A stretch of 57,390 nt of DNA from Patescibacteria group bacterium (GCA_038063335.1 JBBTVF010000045.1:1-57390), one strand, 5' to 3'; shown: positions 9,478 to 19,905, counted from the stretch's first letter. Translations and numbers: made by a program. The notes: a model not told the origin generated them from the sequence alone.

Positions 9478-10251
9478 TTATTTAATTTTATAATATGCCC
9501 TATTCTCCACCCGAAAATCAACATATTCTATTTTATTCAATCCGTATTCTTTAATAGCCTGAATTGCTGGCATGGCAAACGCAGGGTCGAATCTCAAACT
9601 AAAATAAATTTTCGGCATCAAAATATTTACCGGTTCAACTGTTGCTTCCTGTAAGCTTAAATCTTTTATCTGTAATGTCCTGACATTTAAACCGCTTTGT
9701 TCAAGAATATTGAAAATTTTCAATAAATTAGCCAATAAATCTTCTTTAATAATTTTATTGCCGATTATTAATCGCCTTTCGGAAAAATCATCAACTTTAT
9801 AAATCATTTCTCCTTCCGTTTTGGGAGCGTGTTCAAACACCACGCCATTTTTATCAAACCACCAACAAATTTCGTTTTGCTGGCACCAAATGCCAAATCG
9901 TTCTCTTTTTTGAAAATCAACCTTAACTTCTCTGCGAAAATAATTTTTTTCAACCGATAAATTCATAATTTGGGGATTTTGTTTTAAAAAATCCCCAACA
10001 TTATTATTCCAAATTAATATATTATCTCTTCCCAAAAATTTCGCTATTTTTGAACGGCTACTGAAAAAATTTTTAAGCTCTTCTATATTCACGTCAGCAT
10101 TAATTCTCGTTATCCGAAATAACGGCGAATAAACAACGGCATAAAAAACTCCGACCAATAATAATAGAAAAACCGCCAATCCGATGTAAATTTTCAATTT
10201 AAAAATCTGGCGCCTTTTTCTATGCTGTTTTTCATCAACATAAAATTCCAT
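9478..10251 (-). CDS. ftsQ: FtsQ/DivIB-like cell division protein
   Basis: Single N-terminal TM helix followed by a POTRA-like region. Assigned by architecture, not strong motifs. Confidence 0.5.
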   Translation of the reverse strand: MEFYVDEKQHRKRRQIFKLKIYIGLAVFLLLLVGVFYAVVYSPLFRITRINADVNIEELKNFFSSRSKIAKFLGRDNILIWNNNVGDFLKQNPQIMNLSVEKNYFRREVKVDFQKRERFGIWCQQNEICWWFDKNGVVFEHAPKTEGEMIYKVDDFSERRLIIGNKIIKEDLLANLLKIFNILEQSGLNVRTLQIKDLSLQEATVEPVNILMPKIYFSLRFDPAFAMPAIQAIKEYGLNKIEYVDFRVENRAYYKIK

Positions 10252-10259
10252 AAAAATGA

Positions 10260-11519
10260 TTATTTATTTTCAATTACTGAAAAATTTAAATATTTCCTTA
10301 GAACTTCGGGAATAATCACACTGCCGTCTTTCTGCTGGTAATTTTCAAGAATAGCGATAATGGCGCGGGAAACCGCGATAGCGGTGCCGTTAAGCATATG
10401 CAAAAATTCCGCGGTACCATTTTTGCGCTTAACTTTAATATTGAGCCGGCGGGATTGATAAGTTGTCGTATCCGAAGTTGAAGTCACTTCTCCCCAGCCG
10501 TTTTTGGAAACCATCCACGCTTCCAAATCGTATTTTCGGTAAGCCGGTCCGCCCAAATCACCGGTGCAAATATCAATCACCCGAAACGGCAATCCCAAAT
10601 CTTTAAAAATTTCTATTTCAATATTTTTAAATTCCGTATGTATTTTTTCCGACTCTTCCGGCAAAACATAAGCGAACATTTCCACTTTTGAAAATTGATG
10701 TACGCGATATAAACCGGCGCTGTGTTTTCCGTATCCGCCGGCTTCAGTTCTGAAACAATGGGATAATGCCGCGTATTTTAAAGGCAATTTTTCTTCGGAA
10801 ATTATTTCATTCATATGATAACCGCCCATTGTGATTTCCGCGGTTCCAACCAAACTTAAATCCGAATTTTCAATTGAATACACCTGGGTTTCAGGACCGC
10901 GCGGATTAAAACCGATTCCTTCTAAAACAACGTCTTTCGCCAAATCTGGAGTGATAAAAGGAATAAATCCTTTAACAATTAATTTATCAAGCGCAAGCCT
11001 GATTAAGGCCAATTCCAGCAACACGCCTTCATTTTTAAGATAATAAAATTTTGAACCGCTCACTTTTGCCGCTCTTTCAAAATCGACCAAATCAAGATTT
11101 TTCATTAATTCCTCGTGTCCCTTCGGCTCAAAATCAAATTTTGGCAATTCGCCGTATTTTTCAATTTCCCCGCTTCCGGTTTCTTCTTTACTAATCGGAG
11201 CCGCGGGATGCGTTATATTGGGAATTTGCATCAAAAGTGTTTTCCATTCTTCTAATATTTTATCCAATTCCGGCTCGTTTTTTTCTAATTCACTTTTAAT
11301 TTGTTTGCCCTTCTCAATAATTTCATTTTTATTTCCGCCGGATTTTAAAATATCGTTTAATTTATTTTTTTCGGATTTTAAATCGTCAATTTTTATTATC
11401 AGCTCCCTTCTTTTATCGTCTAATTCCAAAAGCCGTTCAATATCGCATTGAAAATTGCGGTTTTCACAATTTTGCTTTACTAATTTTTCATTTTCTTTGA
11501 TAAATTTAATATCCAACAT
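10260..11519 (-). CDS. serS: seryl-tRNA synthetase
   Basis: N-terminal coiled-coil arm; class II motifs (CFRTEAG, GTAIAVSRAIIAILEN). Confidence 0.93.
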   Translation of the reverse strand: MLDIKFIKENEKLVKQNCENRNFQCDIERLLELDDKRRELIIKIDDLKSEKNKLNDILKSGGNKNEIIEKGKQIKSELEKNEPELDKILEEWKTLLMQIPNITHPAAPISKEETGSGEIEKYGELPKFDFEPKGHEELMKNLDLVDFERAAKVSGSKFYYLKNEGVLLELALIRLALDKLIVKGFIPFITPDLAKDVVLEGIGFNPRGPETQVYSIENSDLSLVGTAEITMGGYHMNEIISEEKLPLKYAALSHCFRTEAGGYGKHSAGLYRVHQFSKVEMFAYVLPEESEKIHTEFKNIEIEIFKDLGLPFRVIDICTGDLGGPAYRKYDLEAWMVSKNGWGEVTSTSDTTTYQSRRLNIKVKRKNGTAEFLHMLNGTAIAVSRAIIAILENYQQKDGSVIIPEVLRKYLNFSVIENK

Positions 11520-11560
11520 ATAACAATTTTAACCCAAAAATATCCAAAAAACAAATTAAA

Positions 11561-11592
11561 AATGGCAGAAAATAAATTAATTCTCTGCCATT
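11561..11592 (-). terminator. intrinsic terminator after the DHOD-like gene
   Basis: AATGGCAGA-13 nt-TCTGCCATT stem followed by a T-rich run on the minus strand. Confidence 0.6.
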
Positions 11593-11626
11593 AAAAATTA
11601 TCTTGTCTTTAATCTTGCGGCACTTT

Positions 11627-12490
11627 TTAATAAGAATTGCGCCGCTGTTGTTCTTCATATCTTCTCGCCCACAATGACGGAAGCATTGGCGCCCAGAGCC
11701 TCATAGGATGAGACATGGAAACAGAACCGAAATCTATTCCCGCCGCGCCCATTTTCAAAACGAAATCCATATCTTCATAATTCCAAATACTCGGGGCTAT
11801 GACAGGGGTTTTTGACGCTTCGAGCAGTTCTTCCATTATTAGCCAATTTTCCGGCTGAGCTATTTTACCCGACAGCGCGCCGCCGCCTTTTGCAGGAATG
11901 CTATTAATTCTTAGGGCTTTTACCATTCCCTCGGTTTCTTTAGCAATCATCTTGTAATGATTACTCGCCTTCCCCACCTTAAGGAAAAAATCAACGTTAT
12001 TAAAATTTCTTTTAAGAAATTCTGTATTTCTTATAGTCTCGTTTGCGCCAACACGAACTTCTTCACAATTTGAACATGCAACATCATACTCAAGAGCCAA
12101 AATATTTTTAAATTTTGAAAGCATAACATCTACCATTATCCGCAAATCATATCTTTTTTTTCCGGCGAACGAGATTATAATATTATTTTTCTTTTTTATC
12201 TCTTTACTATTCTCTAAAAGAAATTTATTAAGGCCGGGATTATCCAGCCCATAATTATTCCACCAGCCATTTTTTAACGGCTTTATCTGTTTAGGACCGG
12301 ATATTGGATGGAATGTTATGGTTTTAGTGGTAATGGCAAATAAAGACGGGTCATACAGTCCCATTTTAGACAATAGACAATAAAGATGTTTATGAGCTAC
12401 CGTTGCCCCATTTCCATCAAAACCCATCATTCCAGAAGCCATAAAAAATTGATATTCTTTATCATTTGAAAATCTTATCACACACCTCAC
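11627..12490 (-). CDS. dihydroorotate dehydrogenase-family TIM-barrel protein
   Basis: ASGMMGFDG, NNYGLDNPG and GGGALSG motifs resemble class 1 DHOD/DPD-like enzymes. The real start may be the internal MASGMM. Confidence 0.5.
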   Translation of the reverse strand: MRCVIRFSNDKEYQFFMASGMMGFDGNGATVAHKHLYCLLSKMGLYDPSLFAITTKTITFHPISGPKQIKPLKNGWWNNYGLDNPGLNKFLLENSKEIKKKNNIIISFAGKKRYDLRIMVDVMLSKFKNILALEYDVACSNCEEVRVGANETIRNTEFLKRNFNNVDFFLKVGKASNHYKMIAKETEGMVKALRINSIPAKGGGALSGKIAQPENWLIMEELLEASKTPVIAPSIWNYEDMDFVLKMGAAGIDFGSVSMSHPMRLWAPMLPSLWARRYEEQQRRNSY

Positions 12491-12573
12491 CTCCCCCTTA
12501 TTTTTTTATAAATTTTAAATTTAAAATTAGAGCTAATATAAGTTAACTATAAAAAATATGAAAAGTCAAATTT

Positions 12574-13086
12574 TTAAAATCCGGAAGAAATAAAAATAAT
12601 AAAAGCTATGATTAAAACTTGCGAAATAAATCCCCAAAACGACCTGTTTATAAAAATCCGTTTGCCGTGAATCGCAATATGGAATTTATGCAATGGTTCC
12701 AAAACGCGCCAATTTTTAATGGTATACAACGCCTCCAACGCATCCGGCAAAACAGAACCGAAAACAATCAAACCGAATAAAACAAATTCTAAAAAATTTT
12801 TTGGAAAACCAACGATAAAAACCGCGCCTGCCAATCCCGCAAGACCGTCCAAAATATTTTTAAATAAATCCTTTGCGAATAATTTTTTTTTAAAAATAAA
12901 TATTGTTTCCCCGTTTTCTTTCGGGAACGACAACATTTTATAGTCCCAATGCGGCAAAGCGTCAAGGAAAAAATGGCTTAAAAACGAAGCAAAAAAAATA
13001 AACGCCGTGTTAGCAAAATCCAAGGGCCTGCTTAATAACGGCGCCGCGACTGCCGAAGCGGCAATTATATGGGAAAATAAAATCAC
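12574..13086 (-). CDS. membrane-bound metal-dependent hydrolase-like protein (YdjM/DUF457-like)
   Basis: 170 aa, 4-5 TM helices, motif LSHFFLDALPHWDY. Confidence 0.4.
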   Translation of the reverse strand: MILFSHIIAASAVAAPLLSRPLDFANTAFIFFASFLSHFFLDALPHWDYKMLSFPKENGETIFIFKKKLFAKDLFKNILDGLAGLAGAVFIVGFPKNFLEFVLFGLIVFGSVLPDALEALYTIKNWRVLEPLHKFHIAIHGKRIFINRSFWGFISQVLIIAFIIFISSGF

Positions 13087-14573
13087 TTATTTTTTTCAAC
13101 CCTCATTAAGGGAAAAATTGTTGTTTCGCGCACCGGCTTATCCATCAAAACCGCGAAAAGCCGCTCCGAAACGCCGAATCCGGCCGCCGGCGGCATTCCA
13201 TATTCCAACGCTTCCAAAAAATTTTCATCCAAACGCTGTGCCTCTTTATCTCCTCCCTCGCGAAGCGCCATTTGCTCTTCAAAACGCTGACGCTGGTCAA
13301 TCGGGTCATTGGCTTCTGAAAATCCCTTGCCAAGCTCGGTGCCGCAAGCGACAATCTGAAAACGACAAACTAAATTTTTATTTTTCTCCTGCCTTTTCGC
13401 CAACGGCTCTATTTCCGCCGGCTGGTTTACAAGAAAAACCGGCTGAATTAAAGTCGGCCTTATTATTTTCTTAAATAATAAATCTATCAATCGTCCCTTA
13501 CCGAGTCCCGCTTCCGGTTTTAAACCCTCTTCTTTAGCTTTTTTAAACAATTCATCGCGCCCAACCTTACTGAAATCCAAACCGATTTTTTCCTTAAAAA
13601 TTTTTGAATAATCAATTTTAGGCCATTTCTTGCTCCAATTTATTTTTCTTGTCCCGTGGGAAGCTTGCTTTCCTTCGGGGTTACCCTGCCAATTTGTTTC
13701 CAATTTGCCGCAAGTTTTTTTAATGACTTCTTTATACATTTTCTCAACGAATTTCATCAGCGTATCCTGACTCTCATGAGCCCAATAGAATTCCAATTGC
13801 GTGTAATCCTGCAAATGTTCGGAGCTGATTCCCTCATTCCTGAAAATTCTGCCGATTTCAAAAATTTTTTCATAACCGCTTACCAATAATTTTTTCAAAG
13901 CGATTTCCAGGGAAATTCTCAAATAAAAATTCTGTCCCAAAGCATTATGATGTGTCATAAACGGCTCCGCGTCCGCGCCGCCGGGAACGGCTTCTAAAAC
14001 TGGAGTTTCTAATTCTAAAAATCCTTCTTTTTGCAAACATTCGCGAAACGTCCTCCAAAAAATATTTTTTTTGATAAAAATTTCTCTTGTCTCTGGATTA
14101 GTTAAAATATCCAAATATCTTTTCCGCAAACGCGTTTCAACGTTTTCTAATCCATACCATTGCGACGGTAAGGGTCTTAACGACTTTACCAAAAGCCGCA
14201 GACTTTTTATTTCAACGCTTTTTTCGCCGGTTTTTGTCGTGAATAAAAAACCGCCGACTTCAATAAAATCGCCCATATCCAAATTATCCTTAAATAACGC
14301 AAATTCCTTTTTTAAATTGTCTTTTTTGAGAACGCCCTGAATTTTGCCACTTTCATCGCGTAAATCGTAAAAAGCGATATTGCCCATCACGCGCATTCCG
14401 AAAATTCTTCCGCAAATAAATATTTTCTTTTTTGATTTTTGTAGAAATGAAAAATCAGCCAAAACTTCAAAAATTTTATGTGTCCGCTTGACTTTTTCCG
14501 GATACGGTTCAATTCCGGCTTTAATAAAATTTTCCAGCTTTTTTTTACGCTCGCCTATAATATCTTCAAGCAT
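13083..14573 (-). CDS. lysS: lysyl-tRNA synthetase, class II
   Basis: OB-fold N-domain; class II motifs (FRNEGIS..H, GMPPAAGFGVSERL). Confidence 0.93.
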   Translation of the reverse strand: MLEDIIGERKKKLENFIKAGIEPYPEKVKRTHKIFEVLADFSFLQKSKKKIFICGRIFGMRVMGNIAFYDLRDESGKIQGVLKKDNLKKEFALFKDNLDMGDFIEVGGFLFTTKTGEKSVEIKSLRLLVKSLRPLPSQWYGLENVETRLRKRYLDILTNPETREIFIKKNIFWRTFRECLQKEGFLELETPVLEAVPGGADAEPFMTHHNALGQNFYLRISLEIALKKLLVSGYEKIFEIGRIFRNEGISSEHLQDYTQLEFYWAHESQDTLMKFVEKMYKEVIKKTCGKLETNWQGNPEGKQASHGTRKINWSKKWPKIDYSKIFKEKIGLDFSKVGRDELFKKAKEEGLKPEAGLGKGRLIDLLFKKIIRPTLIQPVFLVNQPAEIEPLAKRQEKNKNLVCRFQIVACGTELGKGFSEANDPIDQRQRFEEQMALREGGDKEAQRLDENFLEALEYGMPPAAGFGVSERLFAVLMDKPVRETTIFPLMRVEKNK

Positions 14574-14582
14574 GATAAAATA

Positions 14583-15035
14583 TTACTCAATTTTCATTAT
14601 TTTATATTCAACTTTTCCTCCAGGAGTTTCTATTTTCACAACATCGCCTTTTTTCTTTCCTAAAAAAGCTTTTCCAAGCGGAGATTCATTGGAAATCAAA
14701 TTGGCTTCCGGCCGCGCCTCATTGGAACCGACAATGGTATATTTTAATTCTTTACTTCCTTTTTTAACTTCAATTGTGGAGCCTATTTGAATAATGTCTT
14801 TCCCGCCTGTTTTTTTGATAATACTGGCGTTTCTTAAAACATTTTCCAATTCAAAAATCCGGCTCTCAACGCGCGCCTGTTCTTCCTTGGCTTCGGAATA
14901 CTCGGCGTTTTCCGAAAGGTCGCCATATTCCTTGGCGCGCTTAAGACGCTCGGCAACTTCCTTACGAGCTTCTTTTTTCAACCTTTCCAATTCTATTTTT
15001 AATTCTTCGTATTTATCTTTTGAGAGATATTGCAT
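14583..15035 (-). CDS. greA: transcription elongation factor GreA
   Basis: Coiled-coil N-domain with AKEYGDLSENAEY, plus a C-terminal FKBP-like domain. Confidence 0.9.
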   Translation of the reverse strand: MQYLSKDKYEELKIELERLKKEARKEVAERLKRAKEYGDLSENAEYSEAKEEQARVESRIFELENVLRNASIIKKTGGKDIIQIGSTIEVKKGSKELKYTIVGSNEARPEANLISNESPLGKAFLGKKKGDVVKIETPGGKVEYKIMKIE

Positions 15036-15046
15036 AGTATAAATTT

Positions 15047-15790
15047 CTAATTTTTATATTTCCCCATTGTTATCCAGTACCGTATTTTAACTACTTCCCA
15101 TAAAACTTGAATATAAGCCGATGCTTTGACATGCGAAAACGGACTATTCACCCAAACAACGGGAATTTCTTTAATTTTATAGCCGAATTTTTTCGCCAAA
15201 GCCAAAATTTCAACGTCAAACCCCCAACGGTTAATTTTAATCAACGGAAAAATTTTTTCAGTCGCTTCTGCGGTGAAAGCCTTAAATCCGCATTGAGTAT
15301 CCCAAATACCCGGCAAAAGCATAAATTGAATAAATAAATTACCAAGATTACCCACCAACCTTTTATACCACGGTTGAGGCGGCACCAATTGCGCTCCTTT
15401 AACGTCGCGGGAACCGATTACAACGCCATATCCTTCTTTTCCGTCCTTAACGGAGAAATAAGGCATCATCTTGTCAAACTGGTCAATGGCAGTGGAATTG
15501 TCGGCATCCATAAATAATCTGATTTGTCCCTTTGCTTCCAACATTCCATTTTTTACCGCTCCGCCCTTACCGGTATTTTTTTGATTTATTAATCTCAAAT
15601 TTTCCATAATATGCGAAAATCTTGCAACCGCTTCGGCAGTTTCATCCGTTGAGCCGTCATTAACAATTAAAATTTCATAAGAAAAATCCGCCTTTTTCAA
15701 ATGTTTATTAATATCAATCAGAGTAAGCGGCAATCTTTTGGCTTCGTTATAAGCCGGAATTATGACGGATAAAAATGGTTTTGTATTCAT
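15047..15790 (-). CDS. family 2 glycosyltransferase (polyprenyl-phosphate sugar transferase-like)
   Basis: SVIIPAYNE..., NDGSTD and FMDADN (DxD) motifs. Confidence 0.8.
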   Translation of the reverse strand: MNTKPFLSVIIPAYNEAKRLPLTLIDINKHLKKADFSYEILIVNDGSTDETAEAVARFSHIMENLRLINQKNTGKGGAVKNGMLEAKGQIRLFMDADNSTAIDQFDKMMPYFSVKDGKEGYGVVIGSRDVKGAQLVPPQPWYKRLVGNLGNLFIQFMLLPGIWDTQCGFKAFTAEATEKIFPLIKINRWGFDVEILALAKKFGYKIKEIPVVWVNSPFSHVKASAYIQVLWEVVKIRYWITMGKYKN

Positions 15791-15815
15791 TGATTTGTTG
15801 TTATTTTACAGATTT

Positions 15816-16577
15816 TTACATCTGCGTCAACACTTTCGGCCCTTTATCGGTAATCGCAATAGTGTGTTCAAAATGAGCGGACAAGGAGCCGTCGGCCGTT
15901 GCCCAACTCTCGTCTTTTTTTTGAATAATTTTTTCGGTACCGATGGCAAACATCGGTTCAATCGCCAAAACCATTCCGGATTTTAATTCAATCCCCTTGC
16001 CTCTTTTCCCGAAATTATAAATAGTCGGGTCTTCATGAAGTTCGCGACCGATACCGTGCCCCGTAAGCTCTTTTATGGTTTTTACTCCGAATTTCTTGGC
16101 AACTTTTTCAATTACCCAGCCGATATCGCCTAAAAAATTTCCTGGCTTCGCCATTTTAATCGCTTCTTCCAGCGCCATTTTTGTCGCTTTTATCAATTTT
16201 CCGGCTTCCGGCAAAATTGTTCCAATGCCGACAGTTATGGCGGCATCCGAATAAAATCCCCGATGCTTAACGCCAGAATCAAGTTTTAAAACATCCCCGT
16301 TTTTTAATTGATAATTATCCGGCAAACCATGCACTATTACGTCATTAACCGAAGCGCAAATTGTCGCCGAATACGGCTTGAGCGCGCCACTGGGACGATA
16401 ATTTAAAAAAGCCGGCTCAGCGCCCAATTCTTTAATCAACTTGAAAGCCAATTTATCCAAATCTTTTAGAATCATTCCAACTCTCGCCTCTTTAGCCGTC
16501 TTTTCAAAAACTTCCGCTAAAATTGCTCCCGAATCAGCAATGGATTTTATTTCCGATGAAGAATAAATACAAATCAT
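15816..16577 (-). CDS. map: methionine aminopeptidase type I
   Basis: Metal ligand context DSGVKHRGFYSDAA, GHGIG, LAIEP, HFEHT. Confidence 0.93.
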   Translation of the reverse strand: MICIYSSSEIKSIADSGAILAEVFEKTAKEARVGMILKDLDKLAFKLIKELGAEPAFLNYRPSGALKPYSATICASVNDVIVHGLPDNYQLKNGDVLKLDSGVKHRGFYSDAAITVGIGTILPEAGKLIKATKMALEEAIKMAKPGNFLGDIGWVIEKVAKKFGVKTIKELTGHGIGRELHEDPTIYNFGKRGKGIELKSGMVLAIEPMFAIGTEKIIQKKDESWATADGSLSAHFEHTIAITDKGPKVLTQM

Positions 16578-17242
16578 TTTTTATCCAATGATTTTAAAAT
16601 ATCTCCGGCAACATTTTCTATTGATTGTTCTCCATTTATCGCAATAATCATATTTTTCTTTTTGTAATAAGCGACCACTGGCAAAACATCCGTTTTAAAC
16701 CATATTAATCTTTCTTTTACGCCTTTTAAATTATCGTCTACTCTCTTTTCTAAATTTCCCCCGCATTCATCACATTTTTTAAGTTTTCTGAATTTCTCGA
16801 AATAAGGAATTATCCTGCCGCATTTCTTGCACATCTTTCTTTTAGTAAGCCGATTTATAATTTCTTTGGACGGGATATCAATAAAAATAACTTTTTTATT
16901 TTTATTCCAACCATACCATTCAAGCGCCTGTTCCAACATTTCCGCCTCTGGAACCGTTCGAGGACTGCCGTCAATAACAAAACCTCTTAAATTCTTTTTA
17001 TTTTTAAAAGACTCTAACTTATCCATCCAAATTTTAAAAATTACCGGCGTTGGCGCTCGTTTTCCTTTGTCTATAACCTCTTTGATTTTTCCCCCGGTAT
17101 AATTTTTTATTTTTGCCCGATTTCTCAATAAATCGCCGCTACCGATATATTCATATCCAATTTTTTTTCGCAATAAAGCCGCTTGAGTTCCTTTTCCTGA
17201 ACCGGGAGGACCGAGAAAAATAATGACTTTAAATTTCTTCAT
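16574..17242 (-). CDS. adk: adenylate kinase (Zn-lid type)
   Basis: P-loop GPPGSGKGT; lid CKKCG...CDECG. Confidence 0.93.
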   Translation of the reverse strand: MKKFKVIIFLGPPGSGKGTQAALLRKKIGYEYIGSGDLLRNRAKIKNYTGGKIKEVIDKGKRAPTPVIFKIWMDKLESFKNKKNLRGFVIDGSPRTVPEAEMLEQALEWYGWNKNKKVIFIDIPSKEIINRLTKRKMCKKCGRIIPYFEKFRKLKKCDECGGNLEKRVDDNLKGVKERLIWFKTDVLPVVAYYKKKNMIIAINGEQSIENVAGDILKSLDKK

Positions 17243-18497
17243 ATTCTCGCATTGCTAATTGGGAATTTATCTGTTTCATCGTTTCTAAAGCCACGGAAAC
17301 AACAATAAGAAGCGCTGTGCCACCGATGGCAAATATCGTAATTCCGGTAATCATTTGGGTGATATTCGGTAAAATGGCGATTAACCCCAAGAAAAGAGCG
17401 CCGCTGAAAGTAAGACGGCTGATTATTTTTGATAAAATAGCGGACGTTGATTCACCCGGCCTGACTCCGGAGATAAAACCTCCGGCACGCTGAAGATTTT
17501 TAGAAATTTCTTTCGGGTCAAAAGTAACAGCAGTGTAAAAATAAGTGAAAACAACGACTAAAATAAAATAAAAAAGGGAATGAATATATTGGTTGCCAAA
17601 AAACATATTCACCCAATCATTGAGCTTTAAAGCGAAATCCTGGGAAAAAATAGAGGCAATTTGGGCAAAAAATTGGGGAAAAAGTAAAATGGAAATCGCA
17701 AAAATAATCGGAATTACGCCCGCTTGGTTGACTTTCAACGGTAAATAACTGGAAGCGCCGCCGTACATTTTCGTTCCCCTCACCCGCTTAGCGTAAACAA
17801 TCGGTATTTTTCTTTCGCCCTCCTGAATAAAAACCACGCCAGCGATAACCACCACCGCGACTGCCGCGAAAATAACATAAGTTAATAATTGCGAAGGGTC
17901 GTACGAGATAACGGCATTATAAATTATAGTCGGCAATCCACTTACGATGCCGGCAAAAATTATAAGAGAAATGCCGTTGCCGATTTTTTGTTCACTGATT
18001 AATTCTCCAAGCCAAACCACAATCATTGTTCCGGCCGTAACCAAAAGAACGTCAATTACAATATCAAACAGCCCGGATTGCGGAATCACCGCTTTTGAAC
18101 GCAAAATATTCAAGAATCCGTAAGCCTGTAAAAACGCCAATGGAACCGTTAAATATCTTGAATAACGGTTGAATTTCGCGCGACCAGCCGCCCCTTCTTC
18201 ATAATAAATTTCCTTTAAATGAGGAAAAATCATGGTCAAAAGCTGCATTATAATTGTTGCTGTGATGTACGGCGCGACACCGAGCATGGCAATTGACAAA
18301 TTTTCCAAACCGCCACCGGAAAACATGCTTAAAAAACCGAATAATTGATTTGACCCAAAAAATTCTTTCAATCTTAAAACATCAATATTCGGCAAAGGCA
18401 CCGCGGTTAAAACGCGAAAGCAAACCAATAAAAAAGCCACAATAAAAATCTTTTTGCGAAGGTCGCCTATTTTAAAAATTTGGAGGAAACTAGTCAT
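17229..18497 (-). CDS. secY: preprotein translocase SecY
   Basis: 10-TM protein in the conserved position after rplO. Confidence 0.95.
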   Translation of the reverse strand: MTSFLQIFKIGDLRKKIFIVAFLLVCFRVLTAVPLPNIDVLRLKEFFGSNQLFGFLSMFSGGGLENLSIAMLGVAPYITATIIMQLLTMIFPHLKEIYYEEGAAGRAKFNRYSRYLTVPLAFLQAYGFLNILRSKAVIPQSGLFDIVIDVLLVTAGTMIVVWLGELISEQKIGNGISLIIFAGIVSGLPTIIYNAVISYDPSQLLTYVIFAAVAVVVIAGVVFIQEGERKIPIVYAKRVRGTKMYGGASSYLPLKVNQAGVIPIIFAISILLFPQFFAQIASIFSQDFALKLNDWVNMFFGNQYIHSLFYFILVVVFTYFYTAVTFDPKEISKNLQRAGGFISGVRPGESTSAILSKIISRLTFSGALFLGLIAILPNITQMITGITIFAIGGTALLIVVSVALETMKQINSQLAMREYEEI

Positions 18498-18909
18498 TGA
18501 TTTTGCCGCCCGCGGATTCTATTTTTTTCTTGGCGTTTTCGGAAATTTCCAATCCCTCTATTTGAAAAGTTTTTTTAATTTCGCCATTGCCTAAAATTTT
18601 TATTTTTTTATCAGATTTTCTTATTAATCCGGATTTAATTAAAATCTCCCTATTTATCAATTCACCGTCAATTTTTAATAAATCTTTAATATTGATAACC
18701 GCCGATTTTTTATTAAGCGATTTATTTTTAAGACCCTTAAGTTTAGGCAAACGCTGAATCATTTCTCTCTCGGCCGGCTTAATACGATGCCCAGCCCTTG
18801 ATTTCTGGCCCTTTTGCCCTTTTCCGGAAGTAGTGCCGCGTTTGCCTCCACGCCCAACACGCTTCTTATTTTTCTTTTTAAATTGTGATTTTAATTCGTG
18901 AAGTTGCAT
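18490..18909 (-). CDS. rplO: ribosomal protein L15
   Basis: RVGRGGKRGTTSGKGQKGQKSRAG. Lies directly after rpsE, with no L30 gene between. Confidence 0.93.
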   Translation of the reverse strand: MQLHELKSQFKKKNKKRVGRGGKRGTTSGKGQKGQKSRAGHRIKPAEREMIQRLPKLKGLKNKSLNKKSAVINIKDLLKIDGELINREILIKSGLIRKSDKKIKILGNGEIKKTFQIEGLEISENAKKKIESAGGKIND

Positions 18910-18914
18910 AACTT

Positions 18915-19412
18915 TTAAACTTTTAATTTTTTCAACGCTTCTATCGTCGCCATCGCATTTGTTAACTTATTTTTAGTGCCGCCAAGGCATTTTGCGGTTG
19001 CGTCCCTGACTCCGACCAAAAGAAGCACAGTCCTAACCGAACCTCCGGCTTTTAATCCGTGACCCTCCTTTGCCGGTTTTATTAAAACTTTTGCGGCGCT
19101 GAATTTAGCTTCAATCTCATGCGGTATTGTTTTGCCTTTTAATTTCAGCGCGATTAAATGTTTTTTGGCGTCAGTTTTGGCTTTATCAACGGCTTGCATG
19201 ACATCCATCCCCTTGGCAATTCCTATGCCAACACTGCCTTTTTCATTTCCGATAACCACCGTTGCTCTGAATTTAAAACGTTTTCCGCCAGCCATAACTC
19301 TGGTAACACGCCGCAAATCAATAACCTTCTCCTTAAATTCAGAAGGCTGTCTCTTTATATCTCGCGATACTCTTGAAAATCTTTTTTCAGTTGTTTGTCC
19401 TTGTTGATTCAT
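18915..19412 (-). CDS. rpsE: ribosomal protein S5
   Basis: RVTRVMAGGKRFKFRATVVIGN. Confidence 0.95.
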   Translation of the reverse strand: MNQQGQTTEKRFSRVSRDIKRQPSEFKEKVIDLRRVTRVMAGGKRFKFRATVVIGNEKGSVGIGIAKGMDVMQAVDKAKTDAKKHLIALKLKGKTIPHEIEAKFSAAKVLIKPAKEGHGLKAGGSVRTVLLLVGVRDATAKCLGGTKNKLTNAMATIEALKKLKV

Positions 19413-19421
19413 TGTTTATGA

Positions 19422-19757
19422 TTAAATTTTTAATCCCGCTTTCCGCGCGGCATCGGCAATAACTTTAACGCGACCGTGATATTTATAATCACCCCTGTCA
19501 AAAATCGCGCTTTTTATTCCTTTTTCAGATGACTTTTTTCCAATAATTTCTCCCAATGATGCCGAAGCGTCTTTTGAAGAAACTTTTGACGCGCTAACCA
19601 ATGTTTTGCCGGTTGAATCATCAATTAATTGCGCGTAAATATAACGATTACTTTTAAAAATAGAAAATCTCGGCTTCTCCGGCGTTCCTTTAATTTTAGC
19701 GCGCACGCGCGTTTTTCTACGTTCTCTAATTTTATTTAATAATTTCTTTTTATTCAT
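19422..19757 (-). CDS. rplR: ribosomal protein L18
   Basis: [18 protein letters not shown]...[11 protein letters not shown]. Confidence 0.95.
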   Translation of the reverse strand: MNKKKLLNKIRERRKTRVRAKIKGTPEKPRFSIFKSNRYIYAQLIDDSTGKTLVSASKVSSKDASASLGEIIGKKSSEKGIKSAIFDRGDYKYHGRVKVIADAARKAGLKI

Positions 19758-19905
19758 CCCTCACCCTTCAAAGATTTTATTATAAATTTTAATAAAATTT
19801 ATAATATATAATAATTGAAGTTTTTATTTATTGGTTTATTTATATTCTTTATTTTTATTATTAATCCCCGCCTTTCAAATTTTTTATCTTTGAAGGGTGA
19901 GGGAT
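19756..19905. mobile_element. F-family palindromic element F1 (putative MITE) at the rplF stop / rplR start
   Basis: ATCCCTCACCCTTCAAAGAT ... ATCTTTGAAGGGTGAGGGAT, 20/20 bp inverted termini. Near-identical to 32854-33003. Confidence 0.85.

Noticed and set aside
13007-13474. Long antisense ORFs inside well-supported genes: 13007-13474, 1856-2212, 29381-29815, 42373-42804, 45033-45554, 52629-53015 and 53679-54020.
   Set aside because: They are shadow ORFs opposite conserved genes (lysS, GT-C, tuf, nrdJ, ftsA, fusA). They have low-complexity translations and no start context.
13651-13695. The GNPEGKQASHG patch in lysS as a member of the GC-palindrome family.
   Set aside because: There is only an imperfect hairpin and loose similarity (CTTGCTTTCCTTCGGGG vs CTTGCTTCTTCGGGG at 56650-56668). 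That is too weak to assert without an alignment test.
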